A stretch of DNA of 64,000 nt from Octopus bimaculoides (GCF_001194135.2 NC_068986.1:37006582-37070581); one strand, 5' to 3'. Positions 37,566-52,177 are shown, numbered from the stretch's first letter. Numbers and translations are program-made. The notes: a model not told the origin generated them from the letters alone.

Positions 37566-38559
37566 AAATTGGTTTTAAATAAGGTGTTGAAAGGTAAAAA
37601 GTATGATAAGAGGGGCGAGAATAGGCTTGTTGATGTAGAGGAGATCCAGGGCTACCCAACATTATAGATAGATAGACAGACAGATGGAAGGAAGGAAGGA
37701 AGGAAGGAAATAAATGGGATAAAGCCGGAGAAATAGTGATGGTGGGGATGTAGAAATTCAGTTAAATCTAATATTTATTAGTTGAACACTGGGATAAAAA
37801 TTAAATCTTTATAACATTTTCATTTGTTAATTCTGTGCAATAATGCAGACAGCTGGTTTTACCTCATAAATAGCAGAATTAATTTATATGTTTGTTTTTC
37901 TTTCTTTTTTAATTCTTTTGAAGTCCAATCATTAAATGGTTTGATTGCTTCACTGGCCATAGAAAATTGATATATTAATATAAATTATTAAGTATCATTA
38001 TGATAGGATTAATCACTCGATCTCATAAGGGATATTGAACTAACAAGACGATCAACAAGTGTTCCACAAGATATTTTTAAATATCACAAACTGTTTCATT
38101 AAATTAGTCCAAGGTTATCTACTAAGAAAAATAACAGAAGTTACAGTCAACAAGGATACCTCTACATAGTTAACTCAACTTTCCAGAAACAGCAGCCAAA
38201 AACATTCTCAATATACACCCTGCGATCTTAAAAAAGGAAGGATACATGGGGTAATATAATATGGAGTATGCTATTGCTAGAAAAAAAATGGGTCCGTTAT
38301 AAAAACAATGCCTTCTTTTCATAGGTATGCTTAATGGGGGTTCGACCCAGGGTTAAAAAAAAACAACAACTATAACATAAGAACAAATGATGACCTTGTG
38401 TATGTAAAGTACATAAAATTCAAAAGAAATTAAGAGAAATAGATTAAAGATTAACATTGGATAATCCATACACTATTCAACTAACAATGTATTGAAGGTC
38501 ACAGGTGTCTAGAAAGAATGGGAAATGCTATAGATAATAGGTGCATTTTAGCAGTTATT

Positions 38560-39625
38560 AATTCCGCCAGTCATAATCTTAATGCATTTTATGGCTGATT
38601 GCTCACCTGAAATACTGATGTAATATAGACAAAGACATTACTTTACAAAGAATGGGCTGATGAATATAAAACAAAGTACTCAGAGACCTCTGCTGCATGG
38701 AAACTTAATAGTAAAGTGGCCATTGATATATTTAATGTAGTAAGCTAAGAATTTTTTATTAATTAATTCAAACAGGAAATATCAACTGAATACCTGGTGC
38801 ACAAAAGGGATAGATATGCAGGAAAAGCTATAAAATGAGACAACCGATGCAGACTTTTAAGTTCACACTAAAGATATCATCCACATCATAAGCAGCTGTC
38901 TGAAAATGTCATCTCGGTATTATCTACCAATGAGACATGACGTTGTAGTAGAACACTCTATAATGAAATCCGTCGGAAGAATAATCCCAAGGACAAAGAA
39001 ATAAGAACTCACAATATGGTGGAAGCCATGGCCACTCATAATGAAAAGGAATACTGGTGGAATGTACCAGTGAAGACCTCAATAAAATGCAAGAACAACA
39101 GGCCTGATATAATGATTTGGGATAGAGAAGAGAAAGTGTGCACAGTTGTGGAAATTAGCTGCCCAGCAGATGTTAACATAAAGCTGAAAATTAGTGAAAA
39201 AGAGAACACCTATGCTGAACTATTAAGAAATTTACAGTTACTCTATCTAGATTACAAGTTCAGGTTTATAACTGTAATTATTGGGACCCTGGGATATGTA
39301 ACACACTGCCTAAATTCCAATCTTGAGAAATTAGGCTTCTCAAAACCAGAAAGGAGAAAGCTAATTCGAAGACTACAGATCCATTCCATCACTGGAACTG
39401 TAAAAATCTGTAAAACTTTCCTGAAGTTTTTGCATGAGAATACATACATAAAACATACAAATCTGCACACATGCATGTGCACACACACACAAACAAACAA
39501 ACAAAAATACCTTGTTGTTGATGTTGAAATTCAAAAGGAAAGAACCTTGGATCTAGGTTAGAAACCGGTTCTTTTTTTATTGGCAAGAAATCTTGAACTA
39601 AACTGAATAATGACATACATACATA
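38560..39625 (+). mobile_element. 3' part of a restriction-like-endonuclease non-LTR retrotransposon (R4/Dong-like)
   Basis: Frameshifted CCHC knuckle region (DNRCRL...DIIHIISSCLKMSSRYYLPMRHDVV, about 38840-38950), then open RLE domain YWWNVPVKTSIKCKNNRPDIMIWD...VVEISCP...EKENTY (39016 onward, PD..E catalytic motif), then a 3' UTR ending AATGACATAC(ATAC)n. Confidence 0.85.
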
Positions 39626-39758
39626 CATAAATACATACATACACATACATACATTATATATTAGAGGAGAATGTCAATAAACACAAAGAAAATATACAGT
39701 TGCATCGAAAAGTATTGAACTAACTTTGAGCCTTTTGCCTCTTTCCCTTACAATACAG

Positions 39759-39761
<3 letters not shown>

Positions 39762-39850
<89 letters not shown>
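39762..39850. repeat. (CA)n microsatellite
   Basis: Perfect dinucleotide run. Confidence 0.95.
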
Positions 39851-39853
<3 letters not shown>

Positions 39854-40399
39854 CATGTTGCCAAATATATGTATCCATTAGCAACAATGCCAACTAAAGC
39901 CCAAAACTTTAGTCTAAACTATCTAAGCATTGCCAAAAAATACTAATGATGATAAAATGGATGTAAATTTTAAGAAGTAAACTAATAAACAGAAACCTCT
40001 GACAGAAGAAATTACATTTTAATTTACATTTTTATGAAATATTCTATAAATATTACAAAAAAACACTTGTATAAACACTCACATGTATGCATGTGTGAGT
40101 GTGTATACAAACAGATTAATTGGTATGTATGCATGTAAAGTACATGGCATGTGTGTGTATTAAATAATGAAATAACAGTTGAAATGCTTATGCGAACAAA
40201 TAGACAATACATAATTCATTTAAACAGGCACAAATCCAAATTGTGTAAGGAGGGGAGGTTGGTGTGATCAATACTATTTCTTTAAACAACTCTCGAAATC
40301 CATTGCTAAGTTTCAAGAAATCTGATTTTTCATTTTTAATTGTTTATTTGATTTAATGAGAAGAGAAGAGAAAGTTATCCTCTCACTAGAACTAGAGAC

Positions 40400-40561
40400 C
40401 TGGGCTTCTTTCAGTTTCCATCTACCAAATCCACTCACAAGGCTTTGGTCGGCCTGAGGCTATAGTAGAAGACACTTGCCCAAGGTTCCACACAGTGGGA
40501 CTGAACCCGGAATCATGTGGTTGGTAAGCAAGCTACTTACCACACGGCCACTCCTACACCT
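40400..40561 (-). mobile_element. SINE family B, 5' half
   Basis: Reverse complement of the family B head through GAAAGAAGCCC. Confidence 0.82.
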
Positions 40562-40583
40562 GGTAATTTTATTCACTCTAGAG

Positions 40584-40837
40584 CAATGTTCCTCAACCAT
40601 TATTTGCATATGGACCCTTTTGATTCCTATTTTACTTGGATAGACTTCTATAGCCATTTAATGTTTTAAAAATCATATAACATTTTAAGAATTTAATATC
40701 ATTAGGAATTGTATTTAAAAATTGTTAAAATATTTTGTGCGTTGTAGAAGTATAACAAATTTATTGCAGATAAATTTTAACAACAAAATCTTATATGAAT
40801 CCCCAGGGGCCATAAGGATTCTGGTTGAGAAACACTG
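40584..40837. mobile_element. hAT/Charlie-type MITE with 8-bp TSD
   Basis: TIRs CAATGTTCCTCAACC / GGTTGAGAAACACTG. TSD CTCTAGAG (40576-40583) vs CCCTAGAG (40838-40845), fitting the NTCTAGAN preference of Charlie elements. Confidence 0.85.
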
Positions 40838-41025
40838 CCCTAGAGAAATAAAAATCAGGTTGATATCAGAACGTAGAGAGTCAATTGAAAGACATATCTC
40901 TTTTATATCATATTTCATGAATAATAGCATTGTTGATTACAAGTTCATTGTGGGCAATTACTGGTATGTTGAATGTCTAACATTGGTTTGGCTTTTTAGC
41001 TTGAGTGGAACTAAAGTCATGAATA

Positions 41026-41310
41026 ACTATGGGATTGCACCTAGAAAATTCCCCTCTGAGGTACAAGTCTGAGCAAGGTTGTTTATGGAAAACCAGGAGT
41101 TACCCATGCATACCAGGCACCCCCTTTCCATGCCACCAAGGGAAAGGCAAAGGTCAGTACAGCTTGGCACCTGTAATGTTGCAACTCATTTCTACAGCTG
41201 AGTGAACTGGAGCAACATAAAATAAAGTATCTTGCTCAAGAACGCAACACACAAGAATCAAACTCACTACCTCATGATTGTGAGCTGGATGCTCTAACCA
41301 CTGAGTCATG
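41026..41310 (-). mobile_element. tRNA-derived SINE family F, diverged copy
   Basis: Reverse complement of 12749-13060 (ATGGGATTGCACCTAGAAA...TTGCTCAAGAAC...CTCTAACCAC). Confidence 0.78.
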
Positions 41311-42244
41311 GAACTAATAAAGGGTTATTAAACTGAATCCCAGAAGGGGTGGGGATACTTGACCAACCTGTAGTGCAGTAGGATTGAACTGAGGACATGA
41401 AAGCAAAACAAACTTTATAACCATACAGCCAATCCTGCACCTTGTATTTATTATTTATTTTTAAAGGATGAAAGACAACATAAACCATGCAGTGAAGATA
41501 TATGCATAAAGCGGAGATTTACACAGCACCAAGTTTTGGGTACTGCAAAATACGCAGTCAACTTTATATAATATGTTGCCACAACTCTAAAATTTTGGTC
41601 TCCCAGAAAATGTTGTGAGATGTTCACAGTTGATTAAATTCACCACAGTAAATTATTAATATTTATCAACTCCCAGAGAGATGAATAGGGAAGTCAACGG
41701 TAGTGAGGTTTGATTACAGAAACACAAGAAATACCAGGATAGATACACACCATATCTAATATGGTATGCCATTTTCTGGCATTCAGTTTCTCTGCCTTGA
41801 TAAATGCATCTAACAGAGACATGTCTGTAGTAAGAAAAAGAAAATAGGGGCATAGATAGTTTTTGTGCATTTATTTTATTTTTTTGTTTTTTGTTTTTCC
41901 AAAATGTTTAAATGTTTTGCAAATGTTTAAAGTGGTATAAATGAAGTTCTTAAAGCTTTGTAGTAAAGCCACATGCTAGAGTTGATTCACCAAAATCTTC
42001 CTTCTGTAGAAGACACATCTTGCTCCCTAATTGAGGCAGAGAAGGAAACCATTAAGTAACCATTTGGCCAGGTAGAATTATAGCTAGATTTCCTTTAAAT
42101 CGTATCCTCTCGTTTTAGGGAAATAAAAAGCATAAAACAGGATAATGTCATCATTATCTATAGATGAAAAGATATAAAAAAGATGGGATGACCTTTGTAG
42201 AATCATCATTCATAATAAATCCAGCCAATCATGACTGAAATGGG

Positions 42245-42348
<104 letters not shown>

Positions 42349-42453
42349 TGTGTGTGTGTGTCTGTTTGAGTGAGTGAATGAGTGAGTGAGAGAGGGAGAG
42401 ACATGCAGACAGAGAAACAAACAGAGACAAACAGAAAGTGAATGAGACTGAGA

Positions 42454-42485
<32 letters not shown>

Positions 42486-43942
42486 TAATGAAGAACTGAA
42501 ATAGGAAGGGAAAATATGAAGCATAAGAAATTAAAATATAGAAACGGAGAAAGAAATAGTAAGTGAAGGAGTAAAATCTAGAGATGAAGAATGAAACAGA
42601 AAGCAAAAGAAAGGAAATAAGAAACTAAAAGAAAGACTTTTATCTTTTATTTCCTGTTCTTGACTCTTCCTGCCATTGTGAAACATGTTAGTAGCATTAT
42701 GATAAAATGTTAGTCCACTGGCCTAACACACACACACACACAGCAATCTAGTGGGGCTAAAGTGGTTGTCAAGAATGTTCACTATAAGCACTTTATACAG
42801 TGTATTGCCTGCCATCCATGACTGGATTGAATTCTGTCAGAAATGACAAAGATTGCAGTCAATACGTGTGCAAAACCAAGACAACATAAAGCACCAAATG
42901 AATGTTACATGCTGTTGTAATTGTTGGCGAAGGTAAGACGGAGAAAGAGAGAGAGAGAGAATATTCTACTCTGCTGTGTCAAAAGAGATACTAGTTTCAC
43001 AGATTGATTGATATATAGAATATGGTTAAACAATGCCAAAATCCTACAAGAACTTTGTACTGGAACACAGAAAAAGAAGAATATAAGAATTCCTCAATAG
43101 AGAATTTGGAAAAGTTTTGTAAGCAAAATGCCAGAGTCTCACATCAGCATCAATGCTCTGGACTAAGCTTTTAATGGAAGCTACAGTCTTTATCACTATC
43201 TTTTCTCACTGTCACATAACAACACATGCTTGCATGAACACATGCATCAATGCAGCATTCATTTATTTATTAACTTAGTATTTTTACTTTTCCTTTCTAC
43301 TTATTATCACTGATGTCATCGTCGTCATTGTCGTCATCATCATCGTGTCATATTTTTCTTATTTCTCTATCTCTAGATATTTCTGTGTGACACTGGAGTT
43401 TAAAAGTTGGGCTCATGTCTTAGATTGCATAACAATAGTAAATTGAAAAGAAATAAGAAAAACGCAATAAAATCCAAGAAAGCAGCTGATGTCCAGACAT
43501 TTAGCCACTTTGTATATTGTTTGTACAACATACATGGATTGAGGAAAGGAAACAAGACACATTATTCAAGATTGATGCATATCTAATCTTGTTTCAGTTC
43601 CAATAGAGAGACAGAGAGAATGTGTGTATGCGTGTACATGCTTCTCTTTCTCAAACACACACACACACTTATATAATATATATCATCAGACTATTTATGT
43701 AGCTATCTTATTCACACACACATGCACACACAAAGGCACTCATACATACACATGCACTTACATAAACATACATATTATACGCATGTGTATATTTGATTGA
43801 TGTATATAGATTAAAGTTCAGACAAAGGGTCAAGCCAGACATGCCAGTATTCCACTTCTTCCTATGACACAAATTTATCCAAACTCACCAACTTTTTAAT
43901 ATTTTATGCAGACTGCCTCCATTTCCCTCCAGACTGTCCTTT

Positions 43943-43974
<32 letters not shown>

Positions 43975-46149
43975 GCACAGTACTAAAGCATTTGTTCCTT
44001 TGTTTAGGGTTTATTCAATAAACTACATTTATTATTGCAAAAGGAACTGATAATTAAATGGATGTGAAGGTAACCAATATCTGTTTCTTAAAAAAGTGCA
44101 CTCCATCTCGTATCTCTCTCTCTCTCTCTCTCTCTCTCTCCAATTTTGATATATCAAATAAAGTGCACGAGATTGTTTTTAAACTTTTGATGAGAAAAAG
44201 CAAACATCATAAAGATATTCATATCATAAAGAAACATAGGTAAATAATATTAAACAACAACAACAAATAAATAACTAAAATGACATGATAATCAAAATGG
44301 TTGTTCTGAAGTCAGTTAGCTAAGTAACTTTGGGAAGAACTTGAAAGTACTTTACAGTAAAACAAAATATGGTTATGTTTATAATGCTGCCAACTCAGAA
44401 GCTCACTTCAGAACCACACACTCTATTCAGTTGTCCTCGAATTGCAGATCTAGTGTAAAAAAGAATAACAATGAATAAAATCACAGCATTGTGTCACTAT
44501 CATCCAATTACAAAATTTTGCTGGCATTTATTTATTTTTATCAACCTAAGAAGTAAAAAAGGACAAAGTTGACAACAGGAGGAATTCAACACTTGTTCTT
44601 CTTTGACATTCTCTTCCGTTTTCATAAGAGGTGGTTGTTGTTGATAACGTAAGAGTTATTGTACGCTCAACAGTGGCAGTCTACTTTTGCTATAGATTCC
44701 CTCATTTTTGGCACGGTCAGTAACCTTGCCAGTTCTGACACTATCTGGACAGATCGTTCTTAATTATAGAACTATCATTCGTCCATTCCTTTGTCCATTT
44801 TAAGCCCATTTCTCCATGGAAATGTTGCAGTAATGATTGTTTTATATATCATCACCATCATTTAACATCCATTTCCCATGCTGGCAGGGGTTAGATGAGT
44901 TGACAGGGGCTAGCCAGGTAGAAGACTGCACCAGGCTTCACTGTCTGTTTTGGTACAGTTATGGCTGGGTGCCCTTCCTAACCTTACAAAATAAACTAAT
45001 ATTACTTCTTTTTCATTTTCTGCTTTTCTAACATCTAGAGAGAGGGTTTACAGCTACCAAACATGCTACCAGAGGAAAATGGTTGGAAAACATTCACATA
45101 CACTCAGAAGAGAAAGGACTGCAAAAAGGAAAAGAGAGGAAGAGAGGAGAGAAAGAGATCAAAGCATACTTAATCAGATCAAAGTGTTCTTAAGCACATG
45201 GACATAAAAGGAAAACAGTTTAATGAGCTGATGCATATAATATTTACCCAGGTGTGTCTCTATACAAGTCTACAAATGCACACACACACACACATACACA
45301 CACACACATTTTGTGCGTGTGTGTGTGTGTGTATGTGTCCCCTTCATACCAACATAGTTTAAATAAACAATTAATGCATACACTCCAAATCTTTAATTTT
45401 ATCCATATCACAATTTACCCTATCCATATGTACTATCCCTTAAATAATTCGCCCAGTATTAAATGCAAACATCAACATCATCATCAACATCATGACTTGT
45501 TACTGTCAGCAACATTACAATGTATATATTTAGCACTTTAATTCATGCTTCAGCAGGTACAATGTGAGATGTGCTTTGCCGAAGAGATCAGAATACAACA
45601 AAAGCTCGCCCAGAGTTAACTCCCATACTTACCCTAAAATAATAAATAATATTAATCATTAAATAAATATATTTTCATGTTTTTCACCTCTTATTTATTT
45701 CTATTTAGCATATTTAATGTTTTTACTAAGAAATATATTAACATGAATTTCACTATTAGAGTATTATACCAGTGACAACAGAAAAATGCTCAGAGATGCC
45801 AACTGCATGACAACTTAATGATATTTATAAGTATTTCCTAATTCAGAAGAAGTAAAAAACCCATACTTTTTTAAATTCAGACTTCACAATATGATTTATG
45901 TGAGGTTTCCTTTGGAAAGTATAAGAGGGCATTTGTAATAACATTGAAAGCTATTGTTGTGTAGTGTTTAAGAAGAGAATAGTACAAGACTGCTTCTTTA
46001 ATATGTATAGTTACAACACTGTTAAAAAAGAGATCAGGTTTATAAGTTTTACAAGTCCCCAAAGATGTTTTTAAGGTCTCCAGCAGTAGAATGTTAAGGA
46101 ATGGAGGGTGGTATCATCAGTATAAGAATATGTGTGGTTAGAAGTAACA

Positions 46150-46750
46150 AAAAAAAAAGAGAATGTGAAAGACATAACTGAAAGTTATAGTACAACAAAG
46201 TGGATGAAATGTATATTGGAGAAAGCCCCTATCAGTACACACTACAATGGAGCAATCTCCTGGAAAACTTTAGATTCAAAAGATGAGGACAGGGCAAAGC
46301 CCATAAGCAAGCAACTTAACTAGGTTATCAAGCCAGTCACAGTTGAAGGCTCTGCTGATGTTAAGAATAACAAAATTTCTTTTGGCAAAATTCTCAAAAG
46401 AGACCATTATTGTGTGTTGTGAAGTCTAAGTGTTTTGTGGCTCTGGTTCTACAGAAACTGCTATGAAGGGGAGAAATTGAAAGAGATGAAAGAAGTGGTT
46501 GTTTACAAAAATTTCCATAATCTTTGAGATGGTTGAATTGATATGGAAGTAATTGTCATAGTGAGATGAGTTGCCTTCGTGGGTGTCTGATTTTCAGTTC
46601 CTTTCTTGGGAAGGAGACACACCAGTCTACGTTTCTGGAGTAGTTCCCAGTAAAGAGAGAAATATTGACAAGTGTAATAGGGATAAGAGATAGCTCTGAA
46701 GTACAATGTTTGGCGAGTTACTTTGTTGGGTCACTTTGCATACATTGTGT
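46150..46750 (-). pseudogene. Decayed CR1/Jockey-group reverse transcriptase fragment
   Basis: Remnants LPKKGTENQTPT (cf. VPKKG...NYRPISL) and NISRAFNCDW at 46362-46332 (cf. LDISKAFDRVWH); many frameshifts. Confidence 0.72.
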
Positions 46751-47852
46751 AAACACTGTGGTAAGAGGAAGAGAGTTTGTTAAATGTTTTGTAATATAAA
46801 GTTGTAAAGTTGCAAGAAAGGTGGACAGCAAACATGCTAACTTTATTTAGCAAGAGTGCAACTTCCAGAACTATCATGGTCAAAGAATAGTGTGTGTGAT
46901 TAATTTTGAAAAGTATGTGAAGACAGTCTTGTCAAAGGATCAAACAGACTACCTGTCTGTCATTTTGAGAGTAACAAAGCTTACAGGAAATGTAATACAT
47001 ACAAGTAATCTTTACTTTGTTTCTATGATGTTTGTGTTTCACTTGGTGGTGATAGTGTGTAACCTCCTTTAGATTCTATATGCAGTATAAGCACTTGGTG
47101 TTTAGTACCAAGATAGCCCTGATTGAATAGAACTAAGATCAAAAGCGTTCTAGGCATAACCATCATGCCGGGTTTTTTTTGTGTGTTTTTTCAGACATAA
47201 TGCATTATCAAAATGTATCCCGTTTAAAAATAGTGGGTTGGAAATTGAAGGAGATTTGACTATTATTTTAAGCAGGTCTAATGACCTTCATTAGCTCAGA
47301 TGCATGTAATATTCTTAACTAACAAACACAGCTGTGAATGAATGCCTTAAGGGTTTAGGGCTCATGGTTTTCTTTGTGTGAGTGTTGTTGAGACACATAG
47401 CAAGGAGCGTAGAATCTCTGTCGTTCTCTGACTGCTCACAGATGAGCCAGAGATAAAGAAATATTTAGAATATTTAGTAGAATATACAGAACTACAAAGG
47501 GTACTACGAGTTAGTTGATTTAACAGACCAAAATGTATGATAAGCAGAGTTTGTTGTTGAGTAGGATGTCACTTGAATTGATTTTATGAATCTAGATGAA
47601 TGAGAATAAATTAGTTGAAACAAAATCCCTATCAAAGAATATTGTAATGTCCAACGCATTGACATGGAAATGAATGTATTTATAAGGTACAGGCATGATT
47701 GTGTGAGAAGTTTGCTTCTCAAATATGTGGTTCAGGGTTCAGTTCTACCATGCACCACCTTAGGCAAATGTTTCCCGCTGGAGCCACAAGACAATGAATG
47801 CCATGCAAGCAAATTTTGGTACATTGAAACAGTACAAAACCCGTCATATGTG

Positions 47853-47895
<43 letters not shown>

Positions 47896-48508
47896 NNNNN
47901 NNNNNNNNNNNNNNNNNNNNNNNNNNNNNNNNNNNNNNNNNNNNNNNNNNNNNNNNNNNNNNNNNNNNNNNNNNNNNNNNNNNNNNNNNNNNNNNNNNNN
48001 NNNNNNNNNNNNNNNNNNNNNNNNNNNNNNNNNNNNNNNNNNNNNNNNNNNNNNNNNNNNNNNNNNNNNNNNNNNNNNNNNNNNNNNNNNNNNNNNNNNN
48101 NNNNNNNNNNNNNNNNNNNNNNNNNNNNNNNNNNNNNNNNNNNNNNNNNNNNNNNNNNNNNNNNNNNNNNNNNNNNNNNNNNNNNNNNNNNNNNNNNNNN
48201 NNNNNNNNNNNNNNNNNNNNNNNNNNNNNNNNNNNNNNNNNNNNNNNNNNNNNNNNNNNNNNNNNNNNNNNNNNNNNNNNNNNNNNNNNNNNNNNNNNNN
48301 NNNNNNNNNNNNNNNNNNNNNNNNNNNNNNNNNNNNNNNNNNNNNNNNNNNNNNNNNNNNNNNNNNNNNNNNNNNNNNNNNNNNNNNNNNNNNNNNNNNN
48401 NNNNNNNNNNNNNNNNNNNNNNNNNNNNNNNNNNNNNNNNNNNNNNNNNNNNNNNNNNNNNNNNNNNNNNNNNNNNNNNNNNNNNNNNNNNNNNNNNNNN
48501 NNNNNNNN

Positions 48509-48540
<32 letters not shown>

Positions 48541-48544
<4 letters not shown>

Positions 48545-48748
48545 TGACCGTTATTATGATTGACCGTTGACTGAACACTATTCAATTTTTTTTCTCCGTG
48601 TTTTTCTCCTTGTCTCCGTATTCTTTCTGTTGAAGAGCGTAGCTCGAAACGTCAAAGACTTTCCGTATTCCCGAGCGTCATACTAATATATACTTTTGTT
48701 ATTTACACCACCTGTCCTCGTCTGTTGTTATTTTTTGTATATTCTCCC
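48541..48748 (+). mobile_element. CpG-rich fragment embedded in (AT)n, probable Penelope-like terminal-repeat piece with a hammerhead-like motif
   Basis: CpG-rich 208 bp flanked on both sides by (TA)n; contains TCTTT-CTGTTGAA-GAGCGTAGCTC-GAAACGTC-AAAGA. Confidence 0.55.
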
Positions 48749-48780
<32 letters not shown>

Positions 48781-51363
48781 ATATATATATATATTTATAC
48801 AGCAAGAAACCTGTTCTAGACATTTATGTCTCACTTAAGTCTTTCATCACATAGCATAAAACTTGCCATCTTCTCTTCCATACCCTTACTTGATCAAAGG
48901 GAATCTTAGTCTTGCAAGTTACATGGTGACCTCACTAGTGCTGGTGCTATGAAGAAAGGCATCCATTACATTCTGTGATGCGCTTAGCATCAGGAAGAGC
49001 ATCTTGCCATAGAAAATGTTCTAGAGCAGACAACTGAACATAATGCAGACTTCCAGTACTCTTTCTTCTGACACTCAACGCTAAACATACAAATATACAT
49101 GAGCTTAAAAGAAGAGGAAGTCCTGTGCCAACAGCCTTTCAGGGCCTTCAGTATTGGTGGGTGAACGTGAGGAAGTTATCTTCTTACATTACAGCTTGGC
49201 TGCAATGTATGGAACAGATTGATAAAAACATAACTTTAAAAATATTCCTTTTTAATTCATATTCCACAAGAGGCAATTTTGCATTTCATTCTTCTAGTGA
49301 GGTAGCTAATAAATTGAAGTACCAGTCAAGTACTGAGGTGGGGTGGTCAGTATAAATGATCATTCCTAATCTCCAAATTGGAGACCTCATACTTAGTTTG
49401 AAATCAATAGATTTACTAATACAGACTAGGACTGTGTTAAAACTACAGTTTAGAGATTAGAGTTTATAGTTAAACAAAAACATGGTAGCAACTCTAAACA
49501 AAAATAGCAGCATCATAAAAGAAAAACAAGAATGGAATGTGATGATGAAAAGATTTCTCTTAAAAAAAGAATTCTCCTTCACTGTCTGCTGAACACAAGT
49601 AGAAAAGAGTTCTTGTACCAGAACTTACCTTAATCAATTCTTTAACCACCCACTTATTCCATAAAATAGGATTTTAGTTTGATGTTATTTTATTTATCAA
49701 GAGGTGGAATCAAGCTTGGCTAATTTGTTGTTATTGATTTAAATATATATCTATTTATGTACATATATATATGTGTATGTATTTGTGTGTGTGTGTGTGT
49801 GTGTACACATGCACGCGTGTAGAATAGAATGCGGCTTGGTTGCATGCTGTAAAAAACATGTATCTACACAAGTGTGTGTGTATATATGTGTGTACATTAT
49901 ATGTGTGTGTGTATGCATGTGTGTGTGTATGCATGTGTGTGTGTATGTGTGTGTGTATTTTCACATGAGCATGTGTGCACACACACACACAATATCATTT
50001 TGAACTCAGTCAAGAGCTTATTAGGCTTTATACAGAATTCTATATACCATTTGTGTCTTGCAGTTGGCATTAAGTGATATCCTCAGTCCTCATCAGATTT
50101 CATATTATGTGTGTACAGGAGTGTGTATATAGATGAGTTTATATACATAAATACAACATACATGCATATATATACACATACAAACAACATACATGGATAT
50201 ATGCATGCATCTGCCTGATGTCAAATCAACTGTAGCCTAGTCTGAATAAGGAGCTATCAGCCAAACAGCTTGTAATGTTACTGAATAAGTAGAATTCCCT
50301 AAAAATAATATTGACACATCTTATACACACACACATGCACACACACTCACAATAAACATTGACTTCATTAAACTGGAGGAGTAAAGCATCTTGTTTAAAT
50401 ACATAGAACAACTGAGACTAAACTCAGACTAAACTGACATTTATATTTGGTCCCCACAAATACATAAATACTGTATTTTCCAGTGTACAAGTCAGATTTT
50501 TTCAAACCAAAATTCTCAACCAAAAATGGTAGATCAACTAATACATCAAGATGACTTATTCCATGCAAAATGCATATGGAACTTCTATAACATTGCTCGA
50601 TTTCTCAATACATTACAACTAAATCTCTCACACATCAGAGATATACAAAAGATGAGGGATCATGGCTAGATGCAAGCAAGGTTGTGTTTTAAGTTCAATC
50701 CCAGTACATGGCACCTTGAGTGAGTGTCTTCTATTATATTATAGTCCTGAGCTAACCAAGGACTTAGTGAAAATATCTAGGAGAAAAAAATCTGTGTGGA
50801 AACGCTATGTGTGTATATGTGTGTGTGTCAGAGAGAGGGTTCTTTGTATTCGGCTGTTATTGCATGACAACTGATGTTGGTTTGTTTGCATCCTTATAAC
50901 TTAGCGGCTTGGCAAAAAGAAACTAACAGAATGAAACACTTAATAAGTACTAAGGATAATTTGATCAACTAAACTCTATGGGGTGGTGCCCCAGCATGGC
51001 CACAGTACAATGAATGGAACAAGAAAAGAATAGAAAAACAAGTTTGCTTAATCAGGAATAAGCCGGGATTAAACAACAACAACAAATATAGCCAATTCAG
51101 CCAACAAGGAAACTTCTACATGATTGCTTGACCTACTAAAAATAACAGTCAAATTCTCCATTTATTATACCGTATTGATTTTCAAAAAGGACACACTGGA
51201 TAAAGTATCTGAGGATAGAACATGCTTGAGACTAAAGATGGAATTATGGCAGGAATCAAAATGGTTACTACATCTTAAGCAAAGATTATCAACTTATTGC
51301 TTAAAAAGATATCAACAAAAAATAGGTTTGTAACATTGATAACAAAAAAAAAAACGTTTTTTG

Positions 51364-51407
<44 letters not shown>

Positions 51408-52117
51408 TGGGGGTTGAGTACTGAAATAAAACGAAAGTGAAAATCTTTGTTTTTTTTATTTCTAATAGCAATTTTTGTAGCTTTCTCAATAATTCAAACA
51501 CCCATGTATGTATATGAATATACACACATACATATAAATATGTATCATATTATGATCATTTTAAACTCTACTTTTCCATGCTTGCATGAGATAGGCAAGT
51601 GTACACATAGAGAGGTAGAGTTTTCTAACCAGGTGCCCTTCCCAACACCAATCCCTACCTGATTCCATGCAAGGTAATACTCTCCCAAGCAATCAAACAA
51701 CAAACAGATCAAACATGTTTACGCAAAGAACTGAAAGCAAATGATCTCACATGAAGGAGTCTTTTTGTCAACAAAGATCGCACAACATGACAAGACATGT
51801 CAAGAAACCTGGACATGCTTTTGTGATGATTGCATGCAAATGACATTGTTGGAATGAACAGCAAGGCCATTGTTTACAACCAGTGAACACATGTGAAACT
51901 GAGGGGAAGTACGAACTCACTCAGTAAAACACACACAATGCATGTGATAGGTTTCATTCAGTTTCCATCTATTAAATCCACTCACATGAGGGTTTCGTCA
52001 ACCAGGGACTATAGTAGAAAGCACATATCCAAGGTGCCATGTAGCAGGACTGAATCCCAAACCACACAGTTGGGAAGGGAACTCTTTAACCATACATGCC
52101 TATAATACCTATATACA

Positions 52118-52154
<37 letters not shown>

Positions 52155-52177
52155 TTATAATCATCATNNNNNNNNNN

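Noticed and set aside
45625-45640. ATACTTACC as the 5' end of a U1 snRNA gene
   Set aside because: The match stops after 9 nt; it is simply the complement of a splice-donor consensus.
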